This document shows, piece by piece, positions 1-9,460 of a DNA stretch of 64,000 nucleotides. This DNA comes from a virus. Numbering within the stretch: position 1 is the first letter of the stretch; every line of letters begins with the position of its first letter. Both the position numbers and the translations under genes were made by a program. The stretch is from IMG/VR virus record IMGVR_UViG_3300022555_000024, positions 1 to 64,000 of that record; one strand, written 5' to 3'. Below the pieces are notes generated by a model. That model saw nothing but the letters and a program-made list of their open reading frames with translations, was not told the origin of the DNA and made no database searches.

Positions 1-123
1 GGAGAGACGCTAAGAAGAAAGAAATCTTGAGATATTTTTGTATGTTTTCTTTATCAAATCCATCCTGAATTGGGTGGTACACTTTCCTCCAGAATCAGTG
101 GTACAGTTTCCCCAGAATATTCA
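1..123 (+). mobile_element. istB: Right end of an IS21-family insertion sequence (3' end of istB plus terminal repeats)
   Basis: 1-30 reads GETLRRKKS*, like the IstB C-terminus (GESxRKK). Tandem repeats GTGGTACACTTTCCTCCAGAAT (74-95) and GTGGTACAGTTTCCCCAGAAT (98-118) end in CA at 122-123, as for IS21 ends. Confidence 0.75.
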
Positions 124-1910
124 ATCCAGCATCCAATCCATCAAATTTTATATCTGGGATAACATATAATAGCGTAGTAAACGCTTTAGGATTTAATCCA
201 GAAAACAACACGAACAAAAATGTTAATAATGGGTATTGTGGTCTGGATAGTGGTGGAAAAGTTCCTATCACAAATCTACCAACTACATTATTACAATATA
301 TTGGAGTTTGGAATGCCACAACAAACTCCCCAACACTAACTGCTGTGGATATTACAAAAGCAGGCTATGTTTATAATGTAACAGGTGTCGCGCCTTATCA
401 TACAGTAACTCAGTTTGGTATCTCTTTTCATCTCGGTGATTGGGCTATCTATAATAGTTCAGGTATGATCGAGAAATCCGATAACTCAGATGATGTTACT
501 AGTGTTAATGGACAAACAGGTACTGTAATAATATCACTTACAGATTTGGGTGGCCTTGCTGCTCGTACACCGATAACAGGGGGCACCCACACTAAGATAA
601 GTTACGGTGCTGATGGGTTGGTGACAGGCGGCAGTGATGCTACTACTGCTGATTTTGTGGACAGTTTGAATAAACGGTTTTGTACTGATGCTCAAAAAAC
701 TGTAATAGAAAATACTTCGGGGACGAATACGGGTGATACCTCAGACAATACATCTCTCGTAAAACTCGCAGGCCGGACAGGTGGACAAACATTGATCGGT
801 GGCACAGGTGTTACCGATACATTAACTATACAAGGCACAAGTGGTAACGGTACTCTAACAAGCCCTGCTATTAAAGCCTTAGTGGGGAATAATGGCGCAA
901 CGACGGCGATGACGGTGCTGAATAACGGCAACGTCGGCATCGGAACGCCGGGGCCGGCAGGAAAACTTGATGTTGTAGGCGGAAATATAAATATTGGTAG
1001 TCCGACTGATGCTACTGATAGGATTTTAACAATTTACGGAAGTGGCAATTCTGGTGCTGCAAATATGTATCTGAGAATGACTGGCACTAATGGAACTTGG
1101 CATTCTGGTTACGGAACTTTCACTTTGGAACCATCAATGTCGCTATCTTTCAGCACACAACCGGGAGGCACGGGCTCTTACATCCCGCATATGAGATTAA
1201 ACAATCTTGGCGGATTTTCTGTGGGCGATACTTATGTTTCAACTGACCCTGGAATGGGGAATATGATAATTCAAGGCAACGTCGGCATCGGGACGACGGG
1301 ACCGGCGTATAAAGTGGATGTAAGTGATAGTGTTGCTATTCTTGGTAAGTTTGAATCATCGGCGACAAATGCATGTTCAGCTATAAACTTAGGTGGAATT
1401 GGAGTAAGTAAAGGCAATTCATTCTTTGGCGGTTACTATGCTGGAGCGCCAACAAACTATTTTAGTTCTAATGTTTATATAAACTCAGCAGGGAATTACG
1501 TTAGGGGAATAAGCGGGACGGGTGATGTAAAATCAACGACTGCTTTTTATTTTATGCAGGGCGGTTGTTATTATTGGAATTCGGCTAATGCGACGGAAGA
1601 CCCGTATGGAACGAAAAAAATGGTGTTGAGCCAAGCGGGAGGATTATCGCTTGGTAACGCATATGCTGCAACAGACCCAGGTGCAGGGAATATGATAATA
1701 AGCGGCAACGTCGGTATCGGAACGCCGGGACCAACTGAAAGATGTCATGTCGTCGGTAACGGACTGTTTACAGGGTCTGTCCAGTTAGGTAGCTATACAA
1801 CAGCTACACGCCCAACACATAGCGCAGGTAAAGTGATATACGTGACAGATGGCAGCGCAGGCAGTAAATATCAAGGTAGTGACGGCTCTACATGGCTTTC
1901 ACTTGGATAG
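124..1910 (+). CDS. Tail fibre / virion structural protein with GNVGIGT repeats; 5' part cut off by the IS
   Basis: The frame of ORF 345-1910 stays open and fibre-like upstream to the IS end (PASNPSNFISGITYNSVVNALGFNPEN...GYCGLDSGGKVP). VTSVNGQTG motif, three GNVGIGT repeats, G/T/S-rich. Confidence 0.8.
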
Positions 1911-1932
1911 ATAAAATTAAAAGGTAATCAAA

Positions 1933-2295
1933 ATGACAATCAACGAGACACGACAGCCGTATGAATTTTTAGTACGGTGGAATGATGGTATACTTACAGG
2001 TTCACACGTAAAATTCAAAACAGTGCTTGACAGAGACGGAGTAGTCTTTCAAGAAACCGAAGGCCCTGCTTTACCAGTTGGAACTGAAGGGTTTCCATTG
2101 CTGGATATTATTAATTTGACGCTTCAAGAGGCATTGCAGTCTATTGACGTTCTGACGAACGAACTTTCCGCATCAAAGGCAGAGACGGAATCAGCAATAG
2201 CTACAATAGCAGAAAAAGACAGTGATTTGGAAGCAAAGCAGTTTGATCTTGATACTGCACTTGAGGAAATCACAAGGCTCACAGTCACAGAATAA
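1933..2295 (+). CDS. Hypothetical protein, possibly tail-fibre associated (C-terminal coiled coil)
   Basis: ORF directly after the fibre gene, AAGG upstream; acidic heptad-like C-terminus. Confidence 0.6.
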   Translation: MTINETRQPYEFLVRWNDGILTGSHVKFKTVLDRDGVVFQETEGPALPVGTEGFPLLDIINLTLQEALQSIDVLTNELSASKAETESAIATIAEKDSDLEAKQFDLDTALEEITRLTVTE

Positions 2296-2405
2296 GCGCA
2301 CACATGAGTACATAACCAAAACCATTGCCCGTAAAGCGTTGACTGGCGTATGAGTTCGTATCCTAACCTGAGTCTTACGGACTGACTCCCCGACAAGATC
2401 AGTTG

Positions 2406-2446
2406 AAACCTTGGCATTAATAGGTTGGTGTCAGGGTTTTTTATTT
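2406..2446 (+). terminator. Rho-independent terminator
   Basis: AAACCTTGGCATTAA/TTGGTGTCAGGGTTT stem (with GU pairs) followed by a T run. Confidence 0.6.
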
Positions 2447-2496
2447 GCCTTATTATTTATACATTGTTAAGAACGTAAAACTTTAAACCCAAAAAT

Positions 2497-2622
2497 ATGG
2501 CATACGTAGAGATAGCGGCAATCACAAAAGAGCTTAAGATAGACCGGATAGCGGTGTACTACCACATCGGAAAAAAGAGAATCCAGAAGGTAAGCGCAAA
2601 GTCAGGGCTTTCTACATTTTAA
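2497..2622 (+). CDS. Small basic ORF, possible truncated HTH/excisionase-like protein (41 aa)
   Basis: MAYVEIAAITKELKIDRIAVYYHIGKKRIQKVSAKSGLSTF*; HTH-like pattern by eye only. Confidence 0.3.
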   Translation: MAYVEIAAITKELKIDRIAVYYHIGKKRIQKVSAKSGLSTF

Positions 2623-2769
2623 TATCTCTTTCTGTTGCTTTACGTCTAATATCATATATCCCACTAATTTGGGATATTTTATAAGCTTAAATAATAGATC
2701 TGCTTGTTTTTTATTTCTAACTACTGGACAGTCTTTTCTTTATAATACAAAGCTATAAATTACATTCCT

Positions 2770-2777
2770 TATAAATA
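2770..2777 (+). promoter_or_regulatory. T4-type late promoter TATAAATA
   Basis: Exact gp55 consensus upstream of gp13. Confidence 0.8.
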
Positions 2778-2811
2778 AGTAAAATAATCAAAAAATTACT
2801 TATTTATTACA

Positions 2812-3591
2812 ATGGCAACAACTTACGGAACTTTAACAAATATACATTTACCTCAGAATATAATGGAACTTAAGGACTATGTTAAACGTCGCTTAGGGCA
2901 TCCTGTTGTAAAAATAGACGTCACTGATGAGCAGTTCTATGATAGAATAGCAGATACTCTTCAATTTTATCAAGATTTCCACTACAATGGATCACTTAGA
3001 ACATACTCAAAGTGGCAGGTAACTCCTCAAGATATTGTTAATAGATATCTAACAACTAGCCCTAATGTTTTGGGTGTAACGAGAATTCTTGATCCTAGAA
3101 GCGCTCAGAGTTCTATGTTTACTTCTGTAGAATTTTGGCTTCGTTCTCAAATAAACTTCTTTGACTTCTTTGGTTCTACTCAAGCATCGTTCGTAGATTA
3201 TTTTCTTACTCAGCAGAGAATAGCAGATATGGATATGTTATTTAGATCAAATCCTAATATTCTATTTAGTAGAAATGATCACAGACTTTTTATAGAATTT
3301 GACTGGCAAAATGATATTAGAGTTGGGGATTGGATTGTTGCAGAAGTACACACATTTCTCGATCCACAAACTAGTAAAGATGTACTTAATGAAAGATTTA
3401 TACTTGCTCACGTTACAGCTTCTGTTAAGATGCAATGGGGAGAGAATTTGAAGAAATTCGGGGGAGTCCCTCTTCCCGGTGGCCTTACTGTCAATGGCGA
3501 CAAAATTTGGCAAGAAGGTAAAGATGAAAAAGAAACAATAGAAAAAGAATATATGTCTATGATTTTACCACCTTTAGATTTGATTGGATAA
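2812..3591 (+). CDS. gp13: Neck protein gp13
   Basis: ELKDYVKRRLGHPVVKIDVT, QWGENLKKFGGVPLPGGLTVNG motifs; position in the block. Confidence 0.93.
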   Translation: MATTYGTLTNIHLPQNIMELKDYVKRRLGHPVVKIDVTDEQFYDRIADTLQFYQDFHYNGSLRTYSKWQVTPQDIVNRYLTTSPNVLGVTRILDPRSAQSSMFTSVEFWLRSQINFFDFFGSTQASFVDYFLTQQRIADMDMLFRSNPNILFSRNDHRLFIEFDWQNDIRVGDWIVAEVHTFLDPQTSKDVLNERFILAHVTASVKMQWGENLKKFGGVPLPGGLTVNGDKIWQEGKDEKETIEKEYMSMILPPLDLIG

Positions 3592-3592
3592 C

Positions 3593-4645
3593 ATGTTAAG
3601 TTTCAAATCATTTATTATAGAAGGGGTTTATCTCTTAGAGGACCGACTTGATTATTTAGAAAAGAAATATCCAATTATTTCTATAAAACATGATCATTTA
3701 GCAAAATTAGAGAAAGCAAAAGATATTATACAATATTTTGCAGAAAATGCCGACCCTACATTTTCCAAGAAGTATACAGATTGGATTATTATACAATATA
3801 AAAATGGGAACGTTAGGCAAGAAGATGCACCAAGAATTCATGCGACGCTTAAGAATTTTGACAAATTTAAATCAAAATTAAAAAATAAAGATATTAATTT
3901 TTACAAACATTTAGATGAATTAGAACAACAATTGGAATCTCATCTTGGAACAAAATCTAATAGAGAGGTTGTGAAAGAAATAAAACACAAAGGAGCAGAC
4001 AAAGTTCTAGATAAAAATGATATCGTTGTTTATAAAATAAAAAATAAGGAAGCTGCCTGTTATTATGGTAAGGGAACAAAATGGTGCACAGCAGCAGATA
4101 ATTACAATAGATTTGATAGTTATAACAATAAAGGTCCGTTGTATATAATATTCGCTAAAGATATGCATGGAAAATTAGCTAAATACCAATTTCATTTTGA
4201 AACAGACTCTTATATGGATGAAAATGATAGATCTATCAACTTAGAAGATTTAGTAAAGAAAAATCCTGAACTTAAAGAAGTTCCTAATTGGCAAGGTAAA
4301 TCTTTAATATTGACATCCGATAAAAATTTTGGTAAATATTTTAATGTATTGTTAAAAAGTACACCACGTTTAACTTTAGCCGATCCAAGAACTACACAAG
4401 AATTTGTTAATAATGCATTAAATTCTCCAGATTATATGGTTAAGTTTCAGGCTCTAGATTATGATAATATATCTAAACAACAACTGTCAATGGCATTAAA
4501 TGATCCACATGAATCTGTTAGATATATGGCTATAGTTCATCCAAATATTACTAAGGCTCTTCTTTTAAGAGCTTCAGAAGATTATGATAAAACAAATAAA
4601 GATACTGCTAAAAAAAGATTATCTTCAGGAGATTTCAAACAATAA
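3593..4645 (+). CDS. Putative capsid-internal protein with a KWCT domain and C-terminal HEAT-like repeats
   Basis: Probable start MLSFKSFIIE (CTS-like); GTKWCTA motif; ALNSPDYMVK/ALNDPHESVR repeats. Confidence 0.6.
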   Translation: MLSFKSFIIEGVYLLEDRLDYLEKKYPIISIKHDHLAKLEKAKDIIQYFAENADPTFSKKYTDWIIIQYKNGNVRQEDAPRIHATLKNFDKFKSKLKNKDINFYKHLDELEQQLESHLGTKSNREVVKEIKHKGADKVLDKNDIVVYKIKNKEAACYYGKGTKWCTAADNYNRFDSYNNKGPLYIIFAKDMHGKLAKYQFHFETDSYMDENDRSINLEDLVKKNPELKEVPNWQGKSLILTSDKNFGKYFNVLLKSTPRLTLADPRTTQEFVNNALNSPDYMVKFQALDYDNISKQQLSMALNDPHESVRYMAIVHPNITKALLLRASEDYDKTNKDTAKKRLSSGDFKQ

Positions 4646-4656
4646 CACATATAATT

Positions 4657-5673
4657 ATGAAACCATATTTAACTTTATTAGAAGAAATAAGTCAATCTAT
4701 ATTACAGAATCAGTTAAAAGAATCTTTATTTGAACTTATAGAAGATTCAGAATTGGAAGATCTCTATTATTTTCAGGAAGAATTTATAGAAGAGAGTTTA
4801 GGTAATCTTCAGGGTGTTCCGCCGGGACTATTAAAAACTATTACAGGAAAAGGATCATATGGCAGTACTATAAGAGGCGGCGCTTATTCTAAAAGAGAAG
4901 AAACTTCTTCTGCAAAGACTAAAAGCCAGTTAAAGAGCATGATAGCTAATGCTGTTGGTGAACATAAAATGGCAATCATTCATAAGAATGGAAAGCCAAT
5001 TGCTGCTGTAGCACACAACGATGGATCTATCGAATGGAATGAAAGACCAAATTATAGTGTACATACACCAAATTCATCTGATGTTAATTTTATAGTTAAA
5101 AATCAAAGAAGTGGAACGTATCAGTATGTAAAAAGAGAATCTGTTTCTGGTTTCCCTAAAGGTGAAGCTATAGATAGAGCGATGAATAAGATAAACCGAA
5201 ATATAAACTTAGATGAACCTGAAAAAGAACATTTTAAGAAAAACTCATATAATGTAGTTACTATAGGTGTAGATAAAAGACGTAAGGCGGCTCACGATGC
5301 GAGATTGGAAAGAAAAAGAGCGGGAACAGATTCTATTACAAGTAATGAGATTATTGCATCTAAAAAACTTGCAAATAAAAAGCTAGGATCTACAGGCAAT
5401 CCTTATTATGTAGCATCTTTACTTTATAAAAAACTAGGAGATGCTATAGAACATTCAGATAAAGAAGGAGCGATTATTGCTACTAAAAATTTAGAAAAAC
5501 ACCTTAGCGATTATTATGGTGGTTTATCAAAAGAAGATAAAGATGTAGAAAAGTATGCTAAATTATTAAGAGACCTTAAAAGTGATTATAAAAGAGATAG
5601 CGATAGAGATAGAGATTATTATATAAAAGTTCGTCGTGCAGATTTAAAAATACTAAGAGATATTAGAAAATAA
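4657..5673 (+). CDS. Hypothetical protein, putative head-internal protein
   Basis: MKPYLTLLEE start, acidic leader, basic body; lies in the late operon. Confidence 0.55.
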   Translation: MKPYLTLLEEISQSILQNQLKESLFELIEDSELEDLYYFQEEFIEESLGNLQGVPPGLLKTITGKGSYGSTIRGGAYSKREETSSAKTKSQLKSMIANAVGEHKMAIIHKNGKPIAAVAHNDGSIEWNERPNYSVHTPNSSDVNFIVKNQRSGTYQYVKRESVSGFPKGEAIDRAMNKINRNINLDEPEKEHFKKNSYNVVTIGVDKRRKAAHDARLERKRAGTDSITSNEIIASKKLANKKLGSTGNPYYVASLLYKKLGDAIEHSDKEGAIIATKNLEKHLSDYYGGLSKEDKDVEKYAKLLRDLKSDYKRDSDRDRDYYIKVRRADLKILRDIRK

Positions 5674-5885
5674 TGAAAAATCGTACTTTGCAGAAAACAG
5701 AACTTATTGGTATTAGAGTATCTCCAAAGGAACGTAAAATTATAGAAAGTAATGCTGCACAAAATGATATGAGCCTTTCGAATTTTATAAGAGCTTCTGC
5801 AATCAACACTAAAGAAGTACGTACTACTATAAAAACAGAAAGAATAGAAGATAGTATTTTTGACTTTACGGAAAATCCAAATTAA
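5673..5885 (+). CDS. Ribbon-helix-helix DNA-binding protein (MobC/DUF1778-like)
   Basis: KTELIGIRVSPKERKIIESNAAQNDMSLSNFIRASA fits the RHH pattern. Confidence 0.7.
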   Translation: MKNRTLQKTELIGIRVSPKERKIIESNAAQNDMSLSNFIRASAINTKEVRTTIKTERIEDSIFDFTENPN

Positions 5886-5887
5886 AA

Positions 5888-6568
5888 ATGGCAACTAACC
5901 CTTATATAGATTTTAGAAATTATACATCAGCTCAGGACTTAGAGAAGTCTTTAATGGCAGAATCTATCGCTTTCTTTGGATTTGATGTAAATTATTTGCC
6001 TAGAACATTATTCTCTATTGATACAGTATTTGGAGAAGCGGCTCATAGTTCATTTGAAAGTTCTATGGTAATAGAAGCATATATGGAACAGACAGATAGA
6101 TTTGAAGGTCCTGGAGATCTCTTATCTAAGTTCGGAGTAGAAATCCATGACTCTGCGAGAATATGGATTTCTATGGATAGATTTGCAGAAGAAGCATTAA
6201 ATGTAGGATATGCAAATACAGAACAAATGAGATCTTACTTCCCTAGAGAAGGTGATCTTGTTCAATTTCCTTTTAATGGAAATATATTCCAAATAATGTA
6301 TGTAGAACATGAAAAGCCGTTCTGGCCACAAGGTACAAGACTATGCTGGGAACTAAGTCTTGAATTGTTCCAATACACAGGAGAAACATTCTCTACTGGA
6401 GATTCTAATATAGATTCTGTTACGACAAAATATCATGTTGGTTCTTCAAATACAGATTTACAGATCCCAGCAGACAACGTTCAATTTGAAATAGATGCCG
6501 CACAAATTTGCGATTTTAGTGAACCTAATCAATTTTCTGTAGAAAATCCATTTGGAGAATTGTTCTAA
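5888..6568 (+). CDS. gp14: Neck protein gp14
   Basis: YLPR, GDLLSKFGVEI, PREGDLVQFP, DFSEPNQF motifs. Confidence 0.93.
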   Translation: MATNPYIDFRNYTSAQDLEKSLMAESIAFFGFDVNYLPRTLFSIDTVFGEAAHSSFESSMVIEAYMEQTDRFEGPGDLLSKFGVEIHDSARIWISMDRFAEEALNVGYANTEQMRSYFPREGDLVQFPFNGNIFQIMYVEHEKPFWPQGTRLCWELSLELFQYTGETFSTGDSNIDSVTTKYHVGSSNTDLQIPADNVQFEIDAAQICDFSEPNQFSVENPFGELF

Positions 6569-6586
6569 TATAAAAGATTACAATAA

Positions 6587-7051
6587 ATGAAAAGCTTTAA
6601 ACAACATAACGCAAACAATAATACAGACTTAGCAAAAATTCTTAATTTAGCATTGGCAAATGAATGGATTACAATTTTTCAATATGACAACGATGGAATG
6701 AATGCAGATAATCTAGATGTTCGTAGAGAGTTTATTCAACATGCTAGAGAGGAAAGCAGCCACGTTTTGTCTTTGGAAAAGATAATGTTAAACATTTCTA
6801 TTGCGATTACAATTACACCAGAAACGGTCTTTAAATTTTCATCAGAGAAGTTTGAAAAGCGAAATAATGTAGATAATAAAATGTTAAAAAGTAACCTAAG
6901 TGCAGAGCATAGAGCAGTTAAACTATATGCAAATATCTTACAGGATTATGAATTTTCTGAAAATAATAGACATTTATTACAGTTAATTTTAGATAAAGAA
7001 TTAGAACATGTAGCAGATTTGACAAGATTGTCAAAGGAGGTATTATCTTAG
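6587..7051 (+). CDS. Ferritin-like (bacterioferritin/Dps-type) di-iron protein
   Basis: Four-helix pattern ALANEW..QY, EESSH, AEHRAVKLY, KELEH. Confidence 0.75.
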   Translation: MKSFKQHNANNNTDLAKILNLALANEWITIFQYDNDGMNADNLDVRREFIQHAREESSHVLSLEKIMLNISIAITITPETVFKFSSEKFEKRNNVDNKMLKSNLSAEHRAVKLYANILQDYEFSENNRHLLQLILDKELEHVADLTRLSKEVLS

Positions 7052-7896
7052 GACAAGAATATTATTATTGGTCTAGCATAAGGAACTTTGTAAGTTGTTT
7101 TGGTTCTATATTCAGTAATATAACAATCAAAAGGTTAAATGGTGATCTTATTAAGATACCTATTTCTTATGGTCCAAAGGAGAAATTTCTTGCAAGGCTT
7201 TCCCAAAGAGAACAAAATGGTCTAGATAATCTTGTTGCTATGACTCTCCCTAGAATGGCGTTTGAAATGAATAGACTTTCCTATGATGCTACGAGAAAAT
7301 TAAATAAGACGTTTACAATAGTAAAAAATAATAACATTTCTGATCTTTCTGGTAATACTTCTATTGATATTACAAATAATAAAGTTCTTTCTACATTTAC
7401 TCCAGTTCCTTATGATATAGATTTTTCTTTGTTTGTACTTACCAATACAGAAACAGATGGATCTCTTATTATGGATAAGATAATGCCTATGTTTACACCT
7501 CAATTGGACATTGCCATTAAGATGGAACCTAATTTAGGAATTGCTTATAATTCTTCTATTCAAGATTATATTAATAGTTTTAGGAATAGCATGAACATTA
7601 TATTAGATACTCCTATTATATTGAAATCTATTTCGATGGAAGATAATTATGAGGGAGATTTTGAAACACGTAGGAGTCTTATATGGACATTTCAATTTAC
7701 TATGCGAGGAAGTTTTTTTGGACCAACTACAAAGTCAAGTGTAATAAAATTACCAGAAACTTCTATAAATCCGCATTTGGATTTATCTATAGAACATAAA
7801 AGAACACAGTTTGAGCCTTATACTCCTACAAAAAATTGGGTTCAGATATCAATCGACGATTCTTCAGATATTTTATGGAAGGAGAATGATTTATGA
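7045..7896 (+). CDS. gp15: Tail sheath stabiliser gp15, copy A (start probably non-canonical ATC/ATT)
   Basis: Frame open upstream of the ATG at 7240 with gp15 N-terminal motifs (LGQEYYYWSSIRNFVSCFGSIFSNI, IPISYGPKEKFLARL); TLPRMAFE and DNYEGDFETRR. Confidence 0.85.
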   Translation: MLGQEYYYWSSIRNFVSCFGSIFSNITIKRLNGDLIKIPISYGPKEKFLARLSQREQNGLDNLVAMTLPRMAFEMNRLSYDATRKLNKTFTIVKNNNISDLSGNTSIDITNNKVLSTFTPVPYDIDFSLFVLTNTETDGSLIMDKIMPMFTPQLDIAIKMEPNLGIAYNSSIQDYINSFRNSMNIILDTPIILKSISMEDNYEGDFETRRSLIWTFQFTMRGSFFGPTTKSSVIKLPETSINPHLDLSIEHKRTQFEPYTPTKNWVQISIDDSSDILWKENDL

Positions 7897-8648
7897 TAAC
7901 CCGCAAACTCGTTTCTGCGTTTGGTGCTCTTTTTTCTGATATTACCATTAGAGAATGGGACGCTAATATAAACAAATGGAAAAACTTTATAAAGGTTCCG
8001 GTGTCGTACGGTCCTAAGGAGAAGTTTCTTGCTAGAGTTAGACAGCGTGCAGAAGTTGGTTTTGGAGATGATGTTGCTATGGTTTTACCTAGAATTGCCT
8101 TTGAGTTGAATGGCACTTCTTACGATTCTGCTAGAGTTCTTAATAAAAGAAATTATTATGTAGAATCAATAGATACCGATGGAAACCGCGTTAGTAGACA
8201 GTGTGTTGGAGTTCCCTATGATTTTAGTTTCAGTCTTTATGTTATGGTAAAACAAGTCGAGCATGGAACAAAAATAATAGAACAGATTTTACCTTTTTTT
8301 ACACCTCAATTAAATGTTACGATAAAAATATCTGGAGAACATAATATATCATTAGACGTTCCCATTATTCTTAATTCTATATCTTTAGCGGATAATTATG
8401 AGGGAGATTTTACTACTAGAAGAGATATTGTTTGGACTTTAGATTTTACAATGAAAGCCTTTACGTTTGGTCCAGTTTCTACAGGAAAAATAATTAAAAC
8501 AGCAATAACTGAACTTGGTATTATGGACTTCGAAGGAAAACATTTATTTCAGAAAAATACTACTATTCCAGTTGTACCAGGAAAGACTTTAGATGAAATT
8601 TTTCTTACAGATGACTGGGGATTTTTAACTACAACAGAAACAATATGA
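7893..8648 (+). CDS. gp15: Tail sheath stabiliser gp15, copy B
   Basis: KVPVSYGPKEKFLAR, LPRIAFE, IIEQILPFFTP, DNYEGDFTTRR. Confidence 0.9.
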   Translation: MITRKLVSAFGALFSDITIREWDANINKWKNFIKVPVSYGPKEKFLARVRQRAEVGFGDDVAMVLPRIAFELNGTSYDSARVLNKRNYYVESIDTDGNRVSRQCVGVPYDFSFSLYVMVKQVEHGTKIIEQILPFFTPQLNVTIKISGEHNISLDVPIILNSISLADNYEGDFTTRRDIVWTLDFTMKAFTFGPVSTGKIIKTAITELGIMDFEGKHLFQKNTTIPVVPGKTLDEIFLTDDWGFLTTTETI

Positions 8649-9040
8649 AGGATAATATTTCTACAGCGTTTGGAGTTTCACCACTAGATTCGAGTAAGTC
8701 TTTGGTTAAATCTATTAAGACAGAAACTGCAATTATAAAAAAAATAAATACGGAAGACAAAGGAGACTATGAGTATGCTCGTAGTAATATCAAAGATTTA
8801 ATTTCTAAAGGAACAGAAGCTTTAGATAATTTGTTAGAATTAGCAAAAGCAACAGAACATCCCAATGTTTACGTTGTTCTTTCACAATTACTAAAAACTA
8901 TAGGTGATCAGAATATTTCTTTGATAGATATACAAGAGAAAATTAAACCTAATTTAGAAAAAGAAAGTTCAGGAAATACAAAAATAGAAAAAGCAGTATT
9001 TATTGGAAGTACTGCAGATCTTTTAAAGGCATTAAAATAA
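8645..9040 (+). CDS. gp16: Terminase small subunit gp16
   Basis: DYEYARSN, EHPNVYVVL, VFIGSTADLLK. Confidence 0.9.
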   Translation: MKDNISTAFGVSPLDSSKSLVKSIKTETAIIKKINTEDKGDYEYARSNIKDLISKGTEALDNLLELAKATEHPNVYVVLSQLLKTIGDQNISLIDIQEKIKPNLEKESSGNTKIEKAVFIGSTADLLKALK

Positions 9041-9076
9041 AAATTAATTTCGTTGTCGAATCTCAAATCATAATAT

Positions 9077-9451
9077 ATGGCAAAGTACAATAATTATACG
9101 AAGCCAAGTAAAAGAGCTAAACAGAACATAGAATACCCACAAAATAACGAAAACCAAGAATATATTCCATCACCAGAGAGAAAACCTAAGGTAGCAAAAA
9201 CCCCTACCAGGAAAAGAGACCCATTTTATTCTAGCCAGCAATGGAAAATCATTAGATTTGAAGTTTTAAAAGAAAATGATGGAAGATGTTCTTTGTGTGG
9301 TAAAACTAAAGATGATATTGATGATAATGGAAAAAAATTAAAAATGACTGTTGATCATATAATAACAAGAAAAAATAATAAAGATCTAGAATTAGATAAG
9401 ACAAATCTTAGAGTATTATGTGACTATTGTCATCAAGGAAGAATTCATTAA
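9077..9451 (+). CDS. HNH endonuclease
   Basis: FYSSQQW, CSLC, TVDHI, NLRVLCDYCH. Confidence 0.88.
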   Translation: MAKYNNYTKPSKRAKQNIEYPQNNENQEYIPSPERKPKVAKTPTRKRDPFYSSQQWKIIRFEVLKENDGRCSLCGKTKDDIDDNGKKLKMTVDHIITRKNNKDLELDKTNLRVLCDYCHQGRIH

Positions 9452-9460
9452 ATAAAAAAT

